A DNA stretch of 56,318 bases from the NCBI GenBank assembly GCA_044870765.1, contig JBIOZG010000011.1, positions 1 to 56,318 on the forward strand, given 5' to 3'. The notes beneath the pieces are model-generated. The model was not told where the DNA came from and searched no databases. It saw only the letters and a program-made list of their open reading frames with translations. Positions 50,406 to 56,318 of the stretch are shown one piece after another. A program made the position numbers and the translations under genes. Positions within the stretch are counted from its first letter, which is position 1; each line of letters starts with the position of its first letter. The DNA comes from Nitrososphaeraceae archaeon. GTDB lineage: Archaea > Thermoproteota > Nitrososphaeria > Nitrososphaerales > Nitrososphaeraceae.

Positions 50406-50538
50406 GATAGAGATAACATAACAACATCCATAAATTACTTTTACGACAGTCTTATGACGAGAATAGTGTGATTCTTAATACACAATTGAGCGGGAGGGTG
50501 GATTGGCATATCCAATAAAAGGCCGTGGGTAGTCGAAG

Positions 50539-50700
50539 TTAGTAAGAGTGAACCTCTATCTTGTGTTCTTTTAGATATTTCTTTTTCTTAAATCGTTCGT
50601 TACATTTTTCACACTTGAAAGGCTTTTCAAATTCAATAAGGAATCTTTTTCTTCTTTCTTCAGGTGTTTCCACGACCACTTTTAAATCTGTATTATCCAT
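50539..50700 (-). CDS. C2H2 zinc-finger microprotein (53 aa; not in ORF track)
   Basis: MDNTDLKVVVETPEERRKRFLIEFEKPFKCEKCNERFKKKKYLKEHKIEVHSY*, matching F-x-C-x2-C-x3-F-x5-L-x2-H-x4-H. Confidence 0.85.
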   Translation of the reverse strand: MDNTDLKVVVETPEERRKRFLIEFEKPFKCEKCNERFKKKKYLKEHKIEVHSY

Positions 50701-50747
50701 TATAACTAGAATAAAAAACTTGTTATAGTTTATTTACTTTAAGGAAG

Positions 50748-50775
50748 ATAGTACTATAGATAAAACTAGTTTTAT
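50748..50775. promoter_or_regulatory. Two perfect palindromes in the divergent ZnF/integrase promoter
   Basis: ATAGTACTAT (50748-50757) and ATAAAACTAGTTTTAT (50760-50775). Confidence 0.45.
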
Positions 50776-50813
50776 AATTACTTCTAATATTCTAGGCTCT
50801 ACGTCTATAACGT

Positions 50814-51869
50814 ATGCAGGTACAGGAAGATGCATATTTTAACTTTGTAAACTCGATTAATTCCGACGTAACCAGAAAAAACTATGAGTATCATCTATCT
50901 CGATTCTTAAAATATTGTAATTTAGACCTCGTCTCTTTGCTTAAACTGTCTCAACAAGAATTATCTCATCTTATTATAAAGTATCTGGTTTCTCAAAAAA
51001 TATCAAGTCAATACAAGACCGTTATCATGGCCTCAATAAAACACGCTTGCGAGATGAATGATGTCATACTAAACTGGAAAAAATTAAAGAAATTTATCAA
51101 GTCAGAAAAAACAGACAATGAGACAAACGGGAAGGATAGGGGATATACTCACGAAGAAATTCAAACTATATTGGAATTTTCAGACCAGAGGTTAAAAACT
51201 GCCTTTCTAGTTTTAGCATCTACCGGTATTAGAATAGGTGCATTACAGTCGATTAGAATAGGAGATATGGAACGTATTGACAATTTGTACAAAGTAACAG
51301 TTTACAGAGGAGATAGAGAAGAATATTTTACTTTTACAACGCCGGAATGCGCTAAAGACATAGACGCTTACTTGGACTTTAGAACTAGAAGGGGGGAGAA
51401 AATTAATCAAGATTCCTATTTACTCGTAAAAAAATTCAGTTTAAAATCTAAGGTTAAGGGCTTGCAGTTTAGAGGTCGTGCATTGTGGGCGATACTTGAA
51501 GACTGTATTTCTAATTCTGGCTTGAGAGAAATAGATCATGTTAATCCATTCAAAAGAAAACAGATTCCTATCTTTCATGGATTTAGAAAATTCTATACTA
51601 AACAATTAGTAAATTCTAAACTTAATCCAGAGATAAGAGAAATGCTATTGGGCCATAAGATAGGACTAGCCAGTGCTTACTACAAACCAACTCAGGAAGA
51701 GATGTTAAACGAGTATTTGAAGGCCGTCAACTTACTAACTATAAACGAAGAGAATAGATTAAAATTAAAACTGGAACAAACAATCCAAATAGAAAAATCA
51801 CAGATTGAATCTTTGAAAGCAGACTTTGAGAAGTTTAAGAATGAAGTGTTAAGACAAAGAAAAAGATAA
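50814..51869 (+). CDS. Tyrosine recombinase / integrase
   Basis: STGIRIG (R), HGFRK (HxxR), LLGH, AYY (nucleophile); N-terminal SAM-like core-binding region; C-terminal coiled coil. Confidence 0.93.
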   Translation: MQVQEDAYFNFVNSINSDVTRKNYEYHLSRFLKYCNLDLVSLLKLSQQELSHLIIKYLVSQKISSQYKTVIMASIKHACEMNDVILNWKKLKKFIKSEKTDNETNGKDRGYTHEEIQTILEFSDQRLKTAFLVLASTGIRIGALQSIRIGDMERIDNLYKVTVYRGDREEYFTFTTPECAKDIDAYLDFRTRRGEKINQDSYLLVKKFSLKSKVKGLQFRGRALWAILEDCISNSGLREIDHVNPFKRKQIPIFHGFRKFYTKQLVNSKLNPEIREMLLGHKIGLASAYYKPTQEEMLNEYLKAVNLLTINEENRLKLKLEQTIQIEKSQIESLKADFEKFKNEVLRQRKR

Positions 51870-52622
51870 TAAATTGAATTAAAAAGTTAAATTGAGAATC
51901 TACTCTTAAATCGTTTGACTTAAAAGTTTTACCTACATAAAGAGGTATTTTTTCTTTTCCTGACTTTGCAGAAGAGGCAATTTATGGAATAAAGGGACGG
52001 CAAAAAGAATTGGTTAGTGTGGCAAAATGAGCAGATAATTTTACTTTTATCTAACATTCCCAGATCTTGGATTTTTACAATAAAACGTTTTTTATCGAAA
52101 TTATACTGAAAGTAGGAGATTTTGTTGGTCCATCTATTATGTCGCCCGCCATACTTTTTGTAGTTATACTTACAAACCAAGCGCCCGGTTTAGCAAATAA
52201 TCTGGCAACTTCTAGTTTAATATGTGTTCCAGCGGCAATACTTACTGGATTGCTCACTGTGTATGTCAATTTTGAAGAACCTGTCGCCGGGTTAAGTGAC
52301 CCGACTATTGAGCCATATCCAATTCCAGTTGTTTCAGTCACTATAGCCAAGCTAGGATCGATACACGGAGGAATAATAGGAGTAAAATCTATCTCAATTA
52401 TCCTTATCGTTCCAGTTGTTGCCGGTACGAAAAAGAAGTTAAAGGTTATGTGCGTACCTGCTATATTGGACAGTGGAACTACGTTCATACCAATCAGTAT
52501 GCCCATGACTAAGATTCTAAAAATTTCTATATAAGGTTAACCTATTCACAGATCACTCATCATATAGAAAAATCACAGATTGAATCTTTGAAGGCAGACT
52601 TTGAGAAGGTTAAGAATGGAGT
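51789..52622 (+). repeat. 59-bp direct repeat (51789-51847 and 52564-52622, 3 mismatches) duplicating the integrase 3' end
   Basis: atagaaaaatcacagattgaatctttgaaRgcagactttgagaagKttaagaatgRagt occurs twice, 775 bp apart. Confidence 0.92.
52075..52506 (-). CDS. Hypothetical beta-sandwich protein (cargo between the direct repeats)
   Basis: 143 aa beta-rich ORF (P.SNI...F.F..ATTGTI..I.I.F), no obvious signal peptide. Confidence 0.55.
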   Translation of the reverse strand: MGILIGMNVVPLSNIAGTHITFNFFFVPATTGTIRIIEIDFTPIIPPCIDPSLAIVTETTGIGYGSIVGSLNPATGSSKLTYTVSNPVSIAAGTHIKLEVARLFAKPGAWFVSITTKSMAGDIIDGPTKSPTFSIISIKNVLL

Positions 52623-52636
52623 TCTGAAACAGCGAT

Positions 52637-53878
52637 CTAAAAGGTAGATTCCATAAACGATTTAATATTGAATTCTTCAAGGAATTTTCGGACATTTTTC
52701 ATGACATGTATGGAAATTTGTCCCTCGGAGTGCTTCTTATCAGATAATAGATTACGATAGATCAGTTGATCATAATAGATCTTTATGTGGTTCCATATCA
52801 TATCCTTAAGTTCATCTCTAGCAAATGCTACCATAGCGTCTATTTCAACTTGGAATAATTCGTGGTATTTTTCTATAAATCTTTTAGTTCTGGGATCTCC
52901 CTTTTTCTCCGAATCTCCTAAGAGTTTTTTAATCACTTTAGGATCTGTAATTTTGGGAAGTTTGAATTTATCTATATGCTCATATAGTACACCAATTCTT
53001 GTGAAGTCATAAAGACCTCTTCTCTTATATTCTTCAACATCAAAACATACGTTCATGTTTTCTTTTATTATATCATCCATAGCATCCCCCGAAGGATCTA
53101 AATCACCACAATATAGAATCCGGACCTTTTTTGCTTGCTTCCATGCTTTTTTCATCCTTTGATATGTTTCCCATGAATGTCCCATGGAGTCAAAACCTCT
53201 ATTATACACAATTCTCACATCCAAACCTTCCAGTATTGATCCAAAAGTACCTACCATTGCATTTTTCTCGGTCCATAATTCTATATGATATTCTTGGTTA
53301 TGCCATTTTGGTATCAATTTTTTATATCCACTAGGAAGTTCATCAAGAAAATCTAATTTTTCTATGATATACTCTTCAGGTGTTTTATATTCGTCAATAA
53401 AATCGTCAATAATACCTCTTGTTTCATCAGAGAAACAGTCAACTACTAGTACCTCGTTCATATCTATAACGTATTTCTTAAGTTTTTCTTCAAAATAGTT
53501 ACCTAAATCGCGATATGCAATTATAGGATTATCATACGATGAATACCTACTTTTTTTATATACTTTCAAAAGGTTGTATTCAGAAAGCCTTTTAAAATGC
53601 TCGTCAGTCATTACTTTTCCCCTTAAATTTTCAATATTCGCTCTCTTTAAAATTACATATCGTTTCCTACACTTCGCTGTATATCCGCTTAAATATGTAT
53701 AATCACTTTGTACGTTTTCTAAAATTTTACGTGATATGAGTATGTAAAATATTGTCCTAAGGGTTGGTTTGAATCCTGCTTTATGGAATTCTATTAACTC
53801 TTTTTTTATAATTGGTAGTACATCTGTTTTCCAACTGCGATTTTTTTTCTTTGGTTTACTATCGAGAGTTACAGACAT
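52637..53878 (-). CDS. Topo VI-A/Spo11-like protein (wHTH + TOPRIM; Mini-A type)
   Basis: N-terminal TLRTIFY (candidate catalytic Tyr, cf. R.IYY of Topo VI-A/Spo11); TOPRIM Glu in ELWTEK; RGF.S; YCGDLDPSG (DxD); EIDA. Confidence 0.8.
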   Translation of the reverse strand: MSVTLDSKPKKKNRSWKTDVLPIIKKELIEFHKAGFKPTLRTIFYILISRKILENVQSDYTYLSGYTAKCRKRYVILKRANIENLRGKVMTDEHFKRLSEYNLLKVYKKSRYSSYDNPIIAYRDLGNYFEEKLKKYVIDMNEVLVVDCFSDETRGIIDDFIDEYKTPEEYIIEKLDFLDELPSGYKKLIPKWHNQEYHIELWTEKNAMVGTFGSILEGLDVRIVYNRGFDSMGHSWETYQRMKKAWKQAKKVRILYCGDLDPSGDAMDDIIKENMNVCFDVEEYKRRGLYDFTRIGVLYEHIDKFKLPKITDPKVIKKLLGDSEKKGDPRTKRFIEKYHELFQVEIDAMVAFARDELKDMIWNHIKIYYDQLIYRNLLSDKKHSEGQISIHVMKNVRKFLEEFNIKSFMESTF

Positions 53879-54093
53879 TTGCTAATGCAATTCCTCGTTC
53901 GGTCATCAGATAGATTCTTGTGCTTGTTACATTTAAGGCTTGGAACACTTGCGGGAGAGAGAGTGTTGCTACCTTTCTCTAAATGAAGCACATGTACATT
54001 TTAGACACGGATACCTAAGTTTCGTTCCTAACAAATGCTGATGATCCTTCCTGTCATGGCCACAAACACACAAGTTGGTTTCGGATTCCACAA

Positions 54094-54348
54094 TTGACTA
54101 AAGGCAACATAATTTTTTTATTAGTTCTCTATACCGTGACTACTTTAATTAAGAAACGTATGTTAGAACAAGATGATCCGAAAGTCGTACGAACTTGGCG
54201 CAACAATCAGGTATCAAGCACTATATTACTTTCATTACCACATGACCTAGCAAAGAAACACGGTATTGGTGTTCATACTAACCTGTTAGCAATTGACACA
54301 GATCAAGGTATTTTGTTAAAGAAACTCAACTTGGAGGGAATCGAATAA
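54094..54348 (+). CDS. AbrB/MazE/SpoVT-like DNA-binding protein (likely start ATG 54160)
   Basis: STILLSLP..LAKKHGI.....L.......GILLKKL. Confidence 0.7.
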   Translation: MTKGNIIFLLVLYTVTTLIKKRMLEQDDPKVVRTWRNNQVSSTILLSLPHDLAKKHGIGVHTNLLAIDTDQGILLKKLNLEGIE

Positions 54349-54473
54349 TGCAAGATGAATATTCCGAAATGCTAGCCAAGTTAGATGAAATTGTGAATGT
54401 ACTTAGAAGTCATAACTGTGAACACGAACATTGCTGCGTCAAGTCCCTAATAGAGGAGATCGAATTTGAATAG
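54348..54473 (+). CDS. Small Cys/His-containing protein (41 aa; not in ORF track)
   Basis: TAATG coupling to the AbrB-like gene; MQDEYSEMLAKLDEIVNVLRSHNCEHEHCCVKSLIEEIEFE*. Confidence 0.55.
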   Translation: MQDEYSEMLAKLDEIVNVLRSHNCEHEHCCVKSLIEEIEFE

Positions 54474-54490
54474 TCGGAAAGGCCCCTTGT

Positions 54491-54706
54491 TTGGAAGCCG
54501 ACCTAACCAACTTGATGGTATCCCAGACTCACGCTTTAGTTGGAGATAAAATGTGGAGCACAAAACAGGTTAATAAAAGTAATGAGATTAAGGAATATCA
54601 TCTAAAGAGACTTTACGAATTATCATTAAAATCATTAGGAGAAATTCCAAAGTTAGACGAATTAACTGAAGAACAAAATCAATGGATAAAAAAACATGGC
54701 TTTTGA
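54491..54706 (+). CDS. Small hypothetical protein (start possibly ATG 54551)
   Basis: Overlaps the start of the downstream ATPase; operon-like packing. Confidence 0.5.
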   Translation: MEADLTNLMVSQTHALVGDKMWSTKQVNKSNEIKEYHLKRLYELSLKSLGEIPKLDELTEEQNQWIKKHGF

Positions 54707-56222
54707 AAATTGGACTCTTGAAGAATGGGAAAAGATACTATTAGAAAAACGTCAAAATCTAGATGATATCATAAAAAAGAATATTCCACAATTATGGTTA
54801 TCGGTCCAACTAATAACATCGGTCAAGTGTATTTTGGATATTGCAGACTGTACTTTACCATTAATTATGATATTGTTAGGTGCTGCAAGTTCTTTGAAAA
54901 CTGTTCCTATTGAAATGTTCAGAGGACAACCCAATACATATTATACTGATAGTTTTAGTGCCAAAGCATTCGTTTCACATAGTACTGCTGTAAAGAAAGA
55001 AGATCTACCTAGTATTGACATGCTGCCAAAAATTCAGTATAAATTATTTCTAGCTCCGGAACTATCCCCATTATTCACAAAGAAAGATGATGATCTAGTT
55101 GAAATTTTGGGTATAATGACGAGAGTAGCAGATGGTAAAGGCTTTGAATCAGACACTGGTGCACATGGTCATCGTGGTTATGTTGGAGATTATATGTTTA
55201 CTATGGTAGGGGCCGCGATAGATATTCCCTATAAAGTTCACAAGTATCTAGGAAATTTAGGGCCAAAATTATATTTTTTCAGATTGCCAAGATTAATTCG
55301 AAATGATAGAGATTACTTTAACCAGTTAAAAGACAACCCATTCAATGTAAAATTTCAAAATGTAAAAACTGCATTAATAGATTATCTGCAATGGTTAGAG
55401 CGATGTCCAATAATGGAGGTAGATAAAGACAGTAAAGTTAAGAAAATAGTATGGGATTCAAACAAAGATGAAGATGAAGCACTTTACATAATCATTAAAC
55501 TTGGTAGATTATTATCGCATCTTAGAGCCGTGGTCCCTACTTGGGAAACTCACGGTAGTCAAGGAACAGATTATGCCTATGCAACTGCAATGAAAGAAGA
55601 GCCGGATAGAGCAATGGAACAACTTAGAAACATAGCAAGGGGATTCGCATTGTCTAAAGGTAGAAATTACATAACAAAAGAAGATGTATCTTTACCTATC
55701 AAGGTAGTGTTATCCACTGCGTCAATAGATAGAGTAAATATCTTTGATTTACTAATTGCTCATAAAGGTACTCTAACTACCAAATTAATAACAGAATCTC
55801 TAAGGAATTCGCCACATACAGCACATAGGATAATGACAGAATTGAAGGCCGTTGGCTTAGTTGATATGAAAGAATCTGAGATCATAACTGAAGAAAAACA
55901 AATAACATTAAGAGATGAATTTGATTGGTTTCTAACAGAAAAGTTTAGCCAACTACGTCAGGGATTCATACCTACCGACAATAGCGAAGAAATGAAGCAA
56001 CATAATCCTAGCCTTGAAGAAAAAATACCCCTTATTACCTACGGCTATAATTGTTATGAGTGTATAAGGACTAATCATGGTAGTCCGGTTTACCGGACTA
56101 ATTCGAAAAGTGATTATGAAATACATTGGATAAAATCAGGTCATGAAGGCCCGTGTTATCCTGGGATACCAGATATTGAAAAGCATGGATGGGTAGCGCA
56201 AGGTAAGGAGTGGGAGACATAA
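54696..56222 (+). CDS. MCM-related AAA+ ATPase (putative replicative helicase) with C-terminal wHTH and Zn finger
   Basis: Walker A LLGAASSLKT; degenerate Walker B FLAPE; MVGAA (sensor 1-like); PDRAMEQL (sensor 2-like); RNYITKEDV; HTH (LTTKLI...TAHRIMTELKAVGLV); CYEC...H....H. Confidence 0.7.
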   Translation: MAFENWTLEEWEKILLEKRQNLDDIIKKNIPQLWLSVQLITSVKCILDIADCTLPLIMILLGAASSLKTVPIEMFRGQPNTYYTDSFSAKAFVSHSTAVKKEDLPSIDMLPKIQYKLFLAPELSPLFTKKDDDLVEILGIMTRVADGKGFESDTGAHGHRGYVGDYMFTMVGAAIDIPYKVHKYLGNLGPKLYFFRLPRLIRNDRDYFNQLKDNPFNVKFQNVKTALIDYLQWLERCPIMEVDKDSKVKKIVWDSNKDEDEALYIIIKLGRLLSHLRAVVPTWETHGSQGTDYAYATAMKEEPDRAMEQLRNIARGFALSKGRNYITKEDVSLPIKVVLSTASIDRVNIFDLLIAHKGTLTTKLITESLRNSPHTAHRIMTELKAVGLVDMKESEIITEEKQITLRDEFDWFLTEKFSQLRQGFIPTDNSEEMKQHNPSLEEKIPLITYGYNCYECIRTNHGSPVYRTNSKSDYEIHWIKSGHEGPCYPGIPDIEKHGWVAQGKEWET

Positions 56223-56318
56223 ATGAATGTAATAGAGGGGCGTTTTTCTTCAAAGCAAAACAGGAGATCAAAATGGAATTAAGAACAATGGGAATTGGAT
56301 TCTACAGGTGAAAATCAG

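Larger units (their letters stand above)
50490..56318. mobile_element. Integrated mobile element (plasmid- or provirus-like); right end beyond window
   Basis: Housekeeping genes stop at 50405. They are followed by an intact integrase, a Topo VI-A-like protein, an AbrB-like regulator, small overlapping ORFs and an MCM-like ATPase. Left boundary is approximate. Confidence 0.8.

Noticed and set aside
52067-52534. 155-aa + strand ORF
   Set aside because: Antisense shadow of 52075..52506, which has an ATG start and more protein-like composition; the strand choice is not certain.
52637-53878. Wadjet (JetD) or complete Topo VI/VIII system
   Set aside because: No SMC, kleisin or GHKL-ATPase genes are adjacent within the window.
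20159-53957. ACTTGCGGGA shared between about 20159 and 53947
   Set aside because: A single 10-bp match is expected by chance in 56 kb, and the flanks do not align.

Overview
AT-rich archaeal chromosome segment. The gene content (eL32/eL19, archaeal LeuRS/AlaRS/AspRS with GatCAB, DTD2-type deacylase, BHB-intron tRNAs, many secreted low-complexity proteins) points to a soil ammonia-oxidising archaeon of the Nitrososphaeraceae; this taxonomy is inferred, not searched. 1-25 kb is accessory-type: an APC permease, an FTR1 iron permease with a DtxR/MntR regulator and a candidate operator, PQQ-type propellers, secreted Ig-like proteins, SOD, a CDF transporter, a cluster of secreted His/Met-rich helical proteins, and an integrase pseudogene abutting tRNA-Pro(GGG), which carries a 29/30 intron. 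25-50 kb is mostly housekeeping: HtrA, pckA, a tRNA-Gln(CUG) with three introns, rpl32e/rpl19e, leuS, alaS, aspS-gatCAB and a PduO-type adenosyltransferase. From about 50.5 kb to the window end is an integrated mobile element. It encodes an unannotated classical C2H2 zinc-finger microprotein, an intact tyrosine integrase whose 3' end is duplicated around a cargo gene, a Topo VI-A/Spo11-like (Mini-A type) protein, an AbrB-like regulator and an MCM-related AAA+ protein. All family calls come from motif recognition by eye; no database searches were run.
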